A DNA stretch of 64,000 nucleotides from Candidatus Pacearchaeota archaeon (lineage in GTDB: Archaea > Nanobdellota > Nanobdellia > Pacearchaeales > GW2011-AR1): contig JBAZMK010000005.1 in assembly GCA_041649755.1 (NCBI GenBank), positions 8,597 through 72,596 of the forward strand. The letters run 5' to 3'. Both the position numbers and the translations under genes were made by a program. How positions within the stretch are numbered: position 1 is the first letter of the stretch; every line of letters begins with the position of its first letter. Positions 18,765 through 27,482 of the stretch are shown piece by piece. The notes under the pieces were generated by a model, which saw only the letters and a list, made by a program, of their open reading frames with translations, had not been told where the DNA came from and searched no databases.

Positions 18765-19883
18765 ATGAAAATTGCAATCCATAATGCACAAATAAGCCAC
18801 TATCTTGGTGGGACTGAAAGGGCAATATATCTAGAAATAAAAAATTTATTAAAAATTGACCCCGATTTAGAAATAACCCTCCTAACAACAAAAACAGAAA
18901 ATGAATCTATCTTATTTAAAAAAATCAAAGCTCTTCAATCAAATAGATTTAAAATTGTTTTATTTGATATTTCTAAGATCTCAATTGAAATAAAAAGCGA
19001 TTCAAATACATCTGACAAATGGCATATGGAATCTATGCAATTTGGATTAAGAACTGGCGATTATTATCTAAAAAATAATTTTGACTTAGTTCTTTATCAT
19101 TTTACTACAGATATTATGTTTCTGCCAAAAAAGTTTAAAAGAGTTTTAAATGTTCATGGTACTCCTAGCAAAAGATCCTTACTAGATGAAAATTGTTTAG
19201 AAAGTCCGGATGTTATTATTTATACAACTAATGACATTAAAAATATAATTGAAAAAATGCATCCTTTTACTAAATCAAGAATAAGTAAGGTAATTTATCT
19301 TGGAACCCCGGTAGATAATCGTATTTTTCCAAAAAAGGAAAGGATAATCGATATTTTATTTGTAGGAAGATTGATAAAAATTAAAGGAGTGGATTTATTA
19401 ATAAAGGCGGTACATAAACTGAAGAATAATAAAAACTTAAAGATTTCAATCATAGGAAAAGGTCCAGAAGAAAAAAATCTCAAACTTCTAGTTAAAAAAT
19501 TGGGATTAGAAAAAAATGTAGTTTTTCACTCTTTTGTTTCTGATAAAAAATTATTGAACATTTATAGAACAACAAAAATAGCGGTTTTTCCTTCTTATAA
19601 GAAAGAAGGTATAATATTGGCAATGCTAGAAGCAGCATCTTTTGGTTGTGGACTGATTGTTTCAAATTGTTGCGGGATGCCAGAATTTATTGAGAATAAT
19701 TCTGAAGGATTATTATTTGAACCAAAAAATATATCTGATTTATCTAAAAAGATAAATTTCTTGTTGAATCATCCAAATAAAAGAGAGGAGATGGGTAAAA
19801 AAGCTACAGACAAGATAAATAATTATTGGAATGAATTATCTAAAACAAAGGAACTTTACGAATATCTTCGGGAGGTAATATGA
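18765..19883 (+). CDS. Glycosyltransferase family 4 (GT-B)
   Basis: C-terminal GT4 motif EGIILAMLEAASFGCGLIVSNCCGMPEFIENNSEGLLFEP. Confidence 0.8.
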   Translation: MKIAIHNAQISHYLGGTERAIYLEIKNLLKIDPDLEITLLTTKTENESILFKKIKALQSNRFKIVLFDISKISIEIKSDSNTSDKWHMESMQFGLRTGDYYLKNNFDLVLYHFTTDIMFLPKKFKRVLNVHGTPSKRSLLDENCLESPDVIIYTTNDIKNIIEKMHPFTKSRISKVIYLGTPVDNRIFPKKERIIDILFVGRLIKIKGVDLLIKAVHKLKNNKNLKISIIGKGPEEKNLKLLVKKLGLEKNVVFHSFVSDKKLLNIYRTTKIAVFPSYKKEGIILAMLEAASFGCGLIVSNCCGMPEFIENNSEGLLFEPKNISDLSKKINFLLNHPNKREEMGKKATDKINNYWNELSKTKELYEYLREVI

Positions 19884-20746
19884 AAAAAACAATTTATTTA
19901 GATTCTAAAGGATCGGTATGTAGACTTACGGGAACAAACAGCGTAATCGAAGAAATTATAGAAGATGATTTTACAAAACATTTTATTCCTGATTTAAGAA
20001 TTCGTCTAAAATATAAAGATCCTGCTATAAACGTTATAGCAAAGGAAATAAAGGTTCCAACTATGATCTCTTATCCTAATGTAACATATAAACCAAACTT
20101 GCCTCCAAGAGATATTGTTTCATTATGCGAGTATTTATTAGAAAGAAATAGACAAGAAAAAAAAGGTTACTATTCACTAAGTTCTGCTACTGCTTCTAGA
20201 AATGGAGATTCAGTAATTTTTTTTGCTGGCGCAACAAATTCTGGGAAAACAAGTGGAATGCTGGATTTAATTCAAAACCATGGATTTAGTTTTTATTCTG
20301 ATGAACATACCTTAATAGACTTAGAGAATAAAAAGGTTGTAGGAGGTTCAAGATCCATAGCAACAAGAAAAGAGATTTTAAAGAAAAGATTGTCTAACGT
20401 AGGGGAATTTCTTTTGAAAGATTTAGATGATGATTATGAAAAAAAGGCTAGACTTTTTATTTATCCCCATATAGACCATGGACTAGATAAACCCATTCAA
20501 TATCAGTTTAGCCCCTTAGATTTTCACTGGCTGCTCTCTCGAGAATTTGGAGGAGTGATAAGAGGCGTTGTTAAATTCACCGATCATTTCAGATACCCTC
20601 TTCCCTCTCTTGACACTCGGAAGTTATCTAAAATAAGAGCTCATAGAACACAACAATTTGCAAACTTTGTTCCTTGTTATTATTTCCAAGGATCCTTGAG
20701 CCAGATGTCAAATTTTGTAGAGGAGAAATTAAAAGAAAATGATTAA
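19880..20746 (+). CDS. HPr-kinase C-terminal-domain-like P-loop protein
   Basis: VIFFAGATNSGKTSGMLDLIQNHGFSFYSDEHTLIDLE parallels HprK GxSGxGKSE...GHxLVADD. Confidence 0.5.
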   Translation: MKKTIYLDSKGSVCRLTGTNSVIEEIIEDDFTKHFIPDLRIRLKYKDPAINVIAKEIKVPTMISYPNVTYKPNLPPRDIVSLCEYLLERNRQEKKGYYSLSSATASRNGDSVIFFAGATNSGKTSGMLDLIQNHGFSFYSDEHTLIDLENKKVVGGSRSIATRKEILKKRLSNVGEFLLKDLDDDYEKKARLFIYPHIDHGLDKPIQYQFSPLDFHWLLSREFGGVIRGVVKFTDHFRYPLPSLDTRKLSKIRAHRTQQFANFVPCYYFQGSLSQMSNFVEEKLKEND

Positions 20747-21509
20747 ATTAAATGAAAAAAAGATATTGCATACCCTTAAGAAAGATGACAAAGTCTTAGA
20801 TATCGGCGGGTGGGATAAGCCATTCAATAGGGCTAATTATGTTTTAGATATTCAGCCATATAAAACAAGGGGGTTTCATGGGAGTCAAGGGGGAAAACAA
20901 GAGTTTTTTACAGAAAAGACTTGGATAATCCATGATATTTCTTCTAGAAAAAAGCTGCCTTTCAAAGATAATTTCTTTGATTTTGTTATTTGCAGTCATG
21001 TTTTAGAAGACATACGAGATCCATTATGGCTTTGTTCTGAGATTAAGAGAATTTCTAAAAGGGGGTATATTGAATTTCCTTCAATTTTCGCTGAATTAAC
21101 AAAAGGAATTGATAATAATAAATACGTCGGATATTACCATCATCGATGGTTAATTGAATTAAAAAAAAATAAGCTTTATTTTAGATTTAAACCTCACTTT
21201 ATACATAATGACAAAAGGTATCACTTTCCAAAAACATATCTTAAACGTATAACCGAGGAGAAAATTAACACTTTTTTATTTTGGGATGATGAATTTGAAT
21301 TTTCAGAAATTATTCAAATTAGTCGAGATAAAACAAAAAGATACCTAAATAGGATTATATTGAAAGAAGGGTATAGAAAAAAAGCCACACTTTTTCTAAA
21401 CTTTATAGATAAAATAAAATATAACTATAAATATATTAAAAAAAAACTTAACAAGAATACATATTGTCCAAGGTATATGGATGTTGAAGAGTATCATTCA
21501 ACGGCGTAA
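20739..21509 (+). CDS. Putative SAM-dependent methyltransferase-like protein
   Basis: VLDIGGWDKPF ... FDFVICSHVLEDIRDP resembles Methyltransf_11/23 motifs I and post-II. The match is weak. Confidence 0.4.
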   Translation: MIKLNEKKILHTLKKDDKVLDIGGWDKPFNRANYVLDIQPYKTRGFHGSQGGKQEFFTEKTWIIHDISSRKKLPFKDNFFDFVICSHVLEDIRDPLWLCSEIKRISKRGYIEFPSIFAELTKGIDNNKYVGYYHHRWLIELKKNKLYFRFKPHFIHNDKRYHFPKTYLKRITEEKINTFLFWDDEFEFSEIIQISRDKTKRYLNRIILKEGYRKKATLFLNFIDKIKYNYKYIKKKLNKNTYCPRYMDVEEYHSTA

Positions 21510-21656
21510 TGATAATCTTTATTTTGCGTTCAAAAAGAAAGACAAATTGAAATAGAGTAAATTTCAACTTAGAACAGTTAAGAGAAATTATACAATATAA
21601 TCTCAGAACTATCTTGTTGGTTTAAAAAGGTTCAATGCTCCGCTAGAGCACTATCA

Positions 21657-21816
21657 TGCTCCCACCGGGATTTGAACCCGGGTCTCCGCCGTTCTCCAAT
21701 GAATCTCAAAGAGATTATCGGTAGTGGTTCAAGCGAACCTGAAATTTATTGTCTCACCGACTAAAATTTCCCACCTCTTGAGAGGGCGGTATCCTTGGCC
21801 TCTAGACTATGAGAGC
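21657..21816 (-). tRNA. tRNA-Glu(CUC) candidate with ~87-nt intron at canonical 37/38 position; no encoded CCA
   Basis: Exon 1 (21816..21779) is GCTCTCATAGTCTAGAGGCCAAGGATACCGCCCTCTCA. Exon 2 (21691..21657) is CGGCGGAGACCCGGGTTCAAATCCCGGTGGGAGCA. The 7-bp acceptor pairs GCTCTCA/TGGGAGC, the T-arm is CCGGG-TTCAAAT-CCCGG, and the anticodon stem CCGCC/GGCGG forms only after the intron is removed. Loop is CUCUCAA. Isotype and intron boundaries need tRNAscan confirmation. Confidence 0.5.
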
Positions 21817-21850
21817 ACATAAGAAAGATACAAAGAGGCTTTTAAAATTT
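21788..21850 (-). repeat. 63-nt unit (tRNA 5' exon part + upstream promoter), copy 1 of tandem direct repeat
   Basis: Identical except for 1 nt to 21932..21994. Contains a TTTTAAAA TATA-like box 24-31 nt upstream of the tRNA 5' end. Confidence 0.7.
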
Positions 21851-21931
21851 CCCATCTCAAGTTGAGAGGCGAGTAAAACGCTCCGAACAACACTAAAATG
21901 AAAATCTTGTTGCGAGGTGCATTTTGCGAGA

Positions 21932-21994
21932 GGTATCCTTGGCCTCTAGACTATGAGAGCATATAAGAAAGATACAAAGAGGCTTTTAAAATTT
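21932..21994 (-). repeat. Copy 2 of promoter + tRNA 5'-part duplication (orphan 5' half, no matching 3' half found downstream)
   Basis: Same 63 nt, including GCTCTCATAGTCTAGAGGCCAAGGATACC and the TATA-like box. The downstream sequence diverges and regains similarity to the copy-1 intron start (GGGAAATTTTA) before running into the copy-1 promoter. Confidence 0.6.
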
Positions 21995-22003
21995 GCCCTC
22001 AAA

Positions 22004-22333
22004 TTATTTTTTCTCGTCAGTCTTTTTTCCCTTAGATTTTTTCACCCTAATAACAAAATCTTCTAAAGACATCTCTAAAGAAGAAACTGATGAAGGACTC
22101 CCAGAAGTATCAATAATATGGGTACCCTGAATAACCTCTGGGCTTCCATTAAAATGAGCTACATAAGGATAAAGATGGATTACGTAACTATTAGGAAAAC
22201 GAGAATCACACGCCTTTAAAATCCCTGTCCCCCCGATTCCACCAGATACATCTACCCTAACGGGCTTACCCAAATGAACACTATAAATTGTATCATGGAT
22301 GTTTACATTACCCGAACTAAACCCAAAAACCAT
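22004..22333 (-). CDS. Hypothetical 109-aa protein downstream of alaS
   Basis: ORF with Gly-rich segment DVSGGIGGTGILKA. No confident family. Confidence 0.35.
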   Translation of the reverse strand: MVFGFSSGNVNIHDTIYSVHLGKPVRVDVSGGIGGTGILKACDSRFPNSYVIHLYPYVAHFNGSPEVIQGTHIIDTSGSPSSVSSLEMSLEDFVIRVKKSKGKKTDEKK

Positions 22334-22387
22334 AAGAAGAGGGAATATTCTTTGTTTATAAAAGTTACTATTATAAAATAACTAAAG

Positions 22388-24136
22388 CTATTCCAAAGCA
22401 GCCTTTATTCTCCTAACACCCGAACTAGACGACTCTTCTTTCAATATCTTAAAATGTCCAAGCTCCCCTGTATTCTTAACATGGGGTCCTGCACAAATTT
22501 CCTTGCTAAAATCTCCTATAAAGTAAACCTTCACCTTCTCCCCATATTTGCTCTCAAAAACACCCTGAGCACCCTTCTTCTTTGCATCATCTAAAGACAT
22601 TTCTTCCATAACAACAGGTATACCTTCTGAAATCTTCTCATTAACAATCTTCTCAACTTCCTCAACTTCTTCTTTAGTCAATTTCCTGTCAAAATTAAAA
22701 TCAAACCTAATCCTCTCAGGGGTTATATTAGAACCCTTCTGATGAATATCTGGCTTATTCAAAACAACTCTCAAAGCCTGATTAAGAAGATGTGTCGCCG
22801 TATGAAGACGAGTAGTAGCCTCACTATTATCTGCAAGACCACTCTTAAATTTACCCGCAGAAGCCGTTCTTGACAGAGTCTTATGTCTTTCAAACTCCTC
22901 GTTAAAACCCTTTTCATCAACATTGATACCACTTTCTTTAGCCATCTCTCTTACCATCTCTATAGGAAATCCATAAGATTGAAAAAGCAAAAACGCATTC
23001 TTCCCGTCAACAACCTTCTTTTCCTTAGTTAACTTCTCAAAAAGACTCAATCCTTTTTCCAAAGTCTTCTCAAACCTCTCCTCTTCAAGATTTATCTCTG
23101 AAAAAACCCTTTCCTTATTCCTCTGCAAGACCTCATAATCGTCATAAATTTCAAAAACTTTTTCTGCAATAGGATTAATTAAATCAATTCCAACAAAACC
23201 GAGTTTCCTTAAATTAACAATCGCCCTCCTCAAAAGCCTTCTTAAAACATAACCTCTTTCGGTATTTGAAGGAACAACCCCATCAGCAATTATAAAAACA
23301 GAAGCTTTAACATGGTCAGCAATAATTCTCATTGTCCTTTCATTACCTTCATAGGACTTTCCGGACAAATGTTCTACTTCCTCAATAATCGGCTTCCACA
23401 TGTCCGCGAGATAATTATCATCCAACCCATTCAGAACCGCAATTGTTCTCTCCACCCCCATTCCCGTATCAATATTCTTTTGCCCCGCTTCAGAATAACC
23501 CCCCTTAGCGTCTTTTTCATACTGCATCAAAACATCGTTCCATATTTCAACCCAGTTCTCGTCCTCTGGATTAAAAATTTTAGGGGCTGGCTTGTGAGAC
23601 TTCCAGTAAAACATCTCTGTATCAGGTCCGCAAGGTCCAGCTCCCGCAGTTTCCCACCAGTTATCCTTTAAGTATACTATTCTTTCTTTAGGTATACCTA
23701 AAAAGTTCCAGATTTTATAAGATTCTAAATCCTTTTCGGACTTGTTGTCCCCTCCAAAAACAGAAACCGCCAGCCTTTCCTTAGGTAGCTTAAGAACATT
23801 TATCAGGAAATCAAAACTCCATTCAATAGCTTCTTTTTTAAAATAATCTCCTAAACTCCAGTTGCCTAACATTTCAAAGAATGTATGATGAAAAGAATCC
23901 CCTACATCGTCAATATCCCCCGTTCTAATGCACCTCTGGACATTAACCAACCTCTTGCCTTGAGGGTGCTTTTCCCCAAGCAAAAAAGGAACCAAAGGAT
24001 GCATTCCTGCAGTCGTAAAGAGAACCGTCGGATCATTTTCAGGAACAAGTGAAGAATTTTTCACCTCTTTATGCCCCTTAGACCTAAAAAATTCTATATA
24101 TTTCCTTATCAATTCTTTCCTTTCCATCAATTGCAA
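22388..24136 (-). CDS. alaS: Alanyl-tRNA synthetase, short form (catalytic + tRNA-recognition + editing domains, no C-Ala domain)
   Basis: Catalytic-domain motifs FTTAGMHPLVPF and RCIRTGDIDDVGDSFHHTFFEMLGNWSLGDYFK. Editing-domain motifs HTATHLLNQAL and CAGPH. Confidence 0.85.
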   Translation of the reverse strand: MQLMERKELIRKYIEFFRSKGHKEVKNSSLVPENDPTVLFTTAGMHPLVPFLLGEKHPQGKRLVNVQRCIRTGDIDDVGDSFHHTFFEMLGNWSLGDYFKKEAIEWSFDFLINVLKLPKERLAVSVFGGDNKSEKDLESYKIWNFLGIPKERIVYLKDNWWETAGAGPCGPDTEMFYWKSHKPAPKIFNPEDENWVEIWNDVLMQYEKDAKGGYSEAGQKNIDTGMGVERTIAVLNGLDDNYLADMWKPIIEEVEHLSGKSYEGNERTMRIIADHVKASVFIIADGVVPSNTERGYVLRRLLRRAIVNLRKLGFVGIDLINPIAEKVFEIYDDYEVLQRNKERVFSEINLEEERFEKTLEKGLSLFEKLTKEKKVVDGKNAFLLFQSYGFPIEMVREMAKESGINVDEKGFNEEFERHKTLSRTASAGKFKSGLADNSEATTRLHTATHLLNQALRVVLNKPDIHQKGSNITPERIRFDFNFDRKLTKEEVEEVEKIVNEKISEGIPVVMEEMSLDDAKKKGAQGVFESKYGEKVKVYFIGDFSKEICAGPHVKNTGELGHFKILKEESSSSGVRRIKAALE

Positions 24137-24151
24137 AAGAATTAAGAGTTT

Positions 24152-24529
24152 TTAAGATTTGGGATAACTATTCTCCGCCCAATTATTCAACTCTTCAATC
24201 TTCTCATTAATCCGCCTTAACTCTTCATCAATCTTATCATTCTTGGAATAATCCTTCATAAAATCTGCTTTAACTTCTTCCTCCCTTTTAAACTCCTTGG
24301 GGATTTCAACAACAGGCAACTTATTCTCAAAAGAACTAACATCACTCTTCAAGGAGTTTATTGTTTGATGAAGTTTCTTCTTTAAATCACTTTTTTGTCT
24401 TGAAAAAACAGCCAGTTTATGAAGATTTTTAAGAGAGTTAAGCAAATCTGCCTGACTTTTCAAAACATTTGCCTTACTCGCCCGATACTTTTCCAAACTT
24501 ATAGAAACATAGATTTCTTCTGAAACCAT
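24152..24529 (-). CDS. Hypothetical coiled-coil protein
   Basis: ORF with heptad-like charge pattern, directly downstream of the Pro-rich protein gene. Confidence 0.4.
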   Translation of the reverse strand: MVSEEIYVSISLEKYRASKANVLKSQADLLNSLKNLHKLAVFSRQKSDLKKKLHQTINSLKSDVSSFENKLPVVEIPKEFKREEEVKADFMKDYSKNDKIDEELRRINEKIEELNNWAENSYPKS

Positions 24530-25230
24530 TAAATCTGACTAAAGACATCGGAGTCAATTTCTGAAAGTCTCGCTTTTAATTTCTCTACTTCTTCTAACCA
24601 CCCCTTTATCTCCTCTTCCTCTTTTAATTTCACTTGATTAATCTTACTTATAATTCCTTCCATTTCTTTAATCTTAGTTTTCATCTGTTCAATATTTTTT
24701 CTAGCTAATTGAAACTTATCAATTCTTATAAAAACTGGCTCAGCATCTAAACAAGCCTTAGAAGTAACAGGAACATTAAAGTGAGGAGTAATTGGTTTTT
24801 GCTGAATTGTTTTAGGTTGAATTTTGGGTTTAGTATAAATGGGTGGAGTCGGTTTAGGGAGGGGTTTCTTTGGTGCTTGTGGGATAGCTCCTGAAGAAGA
24901 TTCGTCCATTATAGAACTCTTCCCAGGTATTGAAGGAATACTCACAACTTTTGGACTCTCTAAAACAGGAGGAGGAGAAACTTTGTTTGTTCCTCCATCC
25001 TTGATTACCTCTTCTTCCTTAGGAGAAAAATTATCACTTATCGCAGACTTAACTATTTCCTGATTGAGCCCCTCATTTTTAGAATTACTGGGGATGGACG
25101 GAAGCTCAGGAACTTCATACTCCCCAGCACTACTTAAATTACTCTCAACAGAAACATCAGGAAGACTTGGTGCCAAAGGAATCTCAGGAACTTTTTCTTT
25201 CTTTTTAAACAACCCCATATAGATTATCAA
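24529..25230 (-). CDS. Hypothetical Pro/Ser-rich protein with C-terminal coiled coil
   Basis: Low-complexity PxP-rich central region and a C-terminal coiled coil (KIKEMEGIISKINQVKLKEEEEIKGWLEEVEKLKARLSEI). Confidence 0.4.
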   Translation of the reverse strand: MIIYMGLFKKKEKVPEIPLAPSLPDVSVESNLSSAGEYEVPELPSIPSNSKNEGLNQEIVKSAISDNFSPKEEEVIKDGGTNKVSPPPVLESPKVVSIPSIPGKSSIMDESSSGAIPQAPKKPLPKPTPPIYTKPKIQPKTIQQKPITPHFNVPVTSKACLDAEPVFIRIDKFQLARKNIEQMKTKIKEMEGIISKINQVKLKEEEEIKGWLEEVEKLKARLSEIDSDVFSQI

Positions 25231-25317
25231 CTAAATTCTTTTTTATAGGTTTATAGTAATTATGAAATGACTACATAACAAGGAAAGATATTTAAAACAG
25301 ATAAATTTTTATCTCAG

Positions 25318-25998
25318 ATGCAGGTCAAACTTCTACATGATTTCGTCGAGGAAATGGCAGGTCCTGGAACAGGAAAAATAGCCGAAATTTTATTTAGCAA
25401 AAGAGATGTAAACGAATTTCTAATTGCTAAGAAGATGAACCTAACTATAAACCAAGTCAGAAATATATTATACAAACTTTCAGCAGAAGGTTTGGTCTCT
25501 TTCGTCAGAAAAAAAGATAAAAGAAAAGGATGGTATATCTATTTCTGGACCCTAAATACAGAAAAATGCCTCGTAAAACTTGAACAGAACCTACTTAAAA
25601 AAATAGAAGAATACAACATGATACTAAGTAATAGAGAATTAAAAAGATTTTATGTCTGTAAGTCCTGCGGAATCGAAGTAAACGAACCAAAGGCTCTTGA
25701 AAATGGATTCACCTGCGAAGAGTGTGCTGAAGTCTATGAATTATCCGAAAATAAAGAAGTAATCAGAGACACAAAAACGAAGATTACAAAAACAGAAAAA
25801 GAACTAAAACTTATCCAAGAAGAGTTGGAAAAACACAGAAAAAAAGAATCAGACAAGAAAAAAAGACAAGAAAAAAAGAATAATAAGAAAGAAAAGAAGA
25901 CTCCAAAGAAAACCGCAAAAAAACCAAAGAAAACCGCAAAAAAGAATAATAAGAAAAATCAAAGTAAGAAAAAGAAAATAGCTAGAAAAAAGAAATAA
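25318..25998 (+). CDS. tfe: Transcription factor E (TFE/TFIIE-alpha homologue) with Lys-rich C-terminal tail
   Basis: Winged-helix domain (IAKKMNLTINQVRNILYKLSAEGLVSFVRKKDKRKGWYIYFW) and zinc ribbon (CKSCGIEV...FTCEECAEVYE). The tail carries KKTAKKPKK repeats. Confidence 0.75.
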   Translation: MQVKLLHDFVEEMAGPGTGKIAEILFSKRDVNEFLIAKKMNLTINQVRNILYKLSAEGLVSFVRKKDKRKGWYIYFWTLNTEKCLVKLEQNLLKKIEEYNMILSNRELKRFYVCKSCGIEVNEPKALENGFTCEECAEVYELSENKEVIRDTKTKITKTEKELKLIQEELEKHRKKESDKKKRQEKKNNKKEKKTPKKTAKKPKKTAKKNNKKNQSKKKKIARKKK

Positions 25999-26018
25999 TC
26001 TAATCAAACCTAAATAAA

Positions 26019-26849
26019 ATGAGAAGAAAATTTTTATCAAGTTACACAAGAATATTAATTTTAATAAATGTAATAATCTTTTTTTTATCATTAATTCTCT
26101 TTGGAATCTATGGAGAAAAATTCTTTGAATTATTCGCACTAACTCCTAAATTATTTTTCTCGGGTTATATCTGGACGGCCCTGACAAGTATGTTTTTGCA
26201 CTCCCCAAGCGGGATCTTATCAATACATCTTCTTGCAAACATGATTTCTCTATTCTTTATCGGAACTTTCGTCGAACATCTTGTCGGTAGAAAAAGATTT
26301 TTAGGAATTTACATTGCAAGCGGAATATTCGCAGGAATATTTTTTGCTACACTCTCTTTCTTCTTTGGGAATTCAGAAATTGGAGCAAGACTTTTTGGCT
26401 CTCCTAATATTATCGCCTTGGGAGCATCAGGAGCTATATTTGGTCTAGCAGGATTAATCGCCGTCCTAACACCAAGAAATAAAATCTATCTAATTGCAGG
26501 TCCATTAATCGCAATAATAATCCAATCTATCCTTGAAGTAACAATCTCTAACCCATCTATCTTATCCTTGATAAATTTCATCGTTCTTGCTTATTTTCTA
26601 TTCTCCTTATACACTTTTTTCTCTTTCAACAAAAACTTAAAAAAATTCGCACTGCCTATTGAAATGCCATTCTACATCCTCCCAATAGTAGCAATCGTCC
26701 CCCTTGTAATAATCGGATTGTTTATTGACCTGCCAATTGGAAACTCCGCACATCTAGGGGGACTCATCGTAGGAGTCTTATACGGATTCTACTTAAGAAA
26801 AAAATACCCGAAAAAATCAAAAATGATCAGAAACTATTTTTCAAAATAA
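26019..26849 (+). CDS. Rhomboid family intramembrane serine protease
   Basis: Multi-TM protein with catalytic GASGAIFGLAG (GxSG) and downstream AHLGGLIVG (His). Confidence 0.8.
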   Translation: MRRKFLSSYTRILILINVIIFFLSLILFGIYGEKFFELFALTPKLFFSGYIWTALTSMFLHSPSGILSIHLLANMISLFFIGTFVEHLVGRKRFLGIYIASGIFAGIFFATLSFFFGNSEIGARLFGSPNIIALGASGAIFGLAGLIAVLTPRNKIYLIAGPLIAIIIQSILEVTISNPSILSLINFIVLAYFLFSLYTFFSFNKNLKKFALPIEMPFYILPIVAIVPLVIIGLFIDLPIGNSAHLGGLIVGVLYGFYLRKKYPKKSKMIRNYFSK

Positions 26850-26894
26850 CTCAAGAACAATAATATTTAAAATAAACCTAAAAGAATCTATTTA

Positions 26895-27452
26895 ATGGAA
26901 TGTTCAAAAAATTTAATAAAATTTATATTAGATGACCTGACCAACGGGAGAACATTCAAAAGAACCTGCATAAGTTATGCCCGAATATCTCTTGGTATTC
27001 ACGAAGATACGGCTGAAGAGCTTTATCAAGAATTATGCCTAAGAGCACTATCAAAAAACAGATATACCCCAAGAAAAGGAGAACCTAAAGGGTATTTATA
27101 CCAGGCGTACAGAAACTTATGTAGGGGGCATCTAAGAAACAAAAGAAACAGAAAAGAAACCTTAGAATCAAGTCTATTTGATAACTCTGAAGGAGAAGAT
27201 TCTCTTCTAGAAGTTATAGATAGCGAAACCGTCTCGCCACAAGAATTACTAACTCACCAAGAAGACGAAGAGACACTACAAAAAGTTATAGGAACTCTTA
27301 GAGAAAGAAATCAAAAAGTTCTAATAAAAAGATACTTTGAAGGAAAAAGCCATAAAGAAATAGCCCAAGACACAGGATATAAAGTCAGTTCAGTAAAAAG
27401 CAGAATTTACAGGTCAATAAGAAAACTGAGAAGTATCACGTGGCCTGATTAA
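26895..27452 (+). CDS. ECF-type sigma-70-like factor (regions 2 and 4)
   Basis: Region-2-like TAEELYQELCLRAL...PKGYLYQAYRNLCRGHLRNKRNR matches the AEDLxQExFL...WLxxIARNxxIDxxR pattern. Region-4 HTH LQKVIGTLRERNQKVLIKRYFEGKSHKEIAQDTGYKVSSVKSRIYRSIRKLR. Confidence 0.7.
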   Translation: MECSKNLIKFILDDLTNGRTFKRTCISYARISLGIHEDTAEELYQELCLRALSKNRYTPRKGEPKGYLYQAYRNLCRGHLRNKRNRKETLESSLFDNSEGEDSLLEVIDSETVSPQELLTHQEDEETLQKVIGTLRERNQKVLIKRYFEGKSHKEIAQDTGYKVSSVKSRIYRSIRKLRSITWPD

Positions 27453-27482
27453 GTTTAAAAAAGACTAACGTTTAATCAGCTT

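Noticed and set aside
21640-21816. Reading the 160-nt tRNA-Glu region as two adjacent tRNAs or as a tRNA with a huge variable arm
   Set aside because: Only one acceptor pairing, one T-arm and one anticodon stem can be formed. The 87-nt insert sits exactly between positions 37 and 38, which fits an archaeal intron.
21932-21960. Second copy of the tRNA 5' part as an independent complete tRNA gene
   Set aside because: No complementary acceptor 3' strand, T-arm or anticodon-stem partner follows before the next promoter. It is kept as a repeat or 5'-half, not a tRNA.
23312-23671. 119-aa + strand ORF inside alaS
   Set aside because: Antisense to a well-supported AlaRS frame.
25860-25990. Short direct repeats (CCAAAGAAAACCGCAAAAAA x2) suggestive of a repeat array
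   Set aside because: They encode the KKTAKKPKK low-complexity basic tail of TFE. This is coding microsatellite-like redundancy, not a CRISPR or regulatory array.
25849-26139. 96-aa minus-strand ORF spanning the TFE tail and rhomboid start
   Set aside because: Its translation is poly-Leu/Phe low complexity, produced by reading the Lys-rich (AAA/AAG) TFE tail in antisense.
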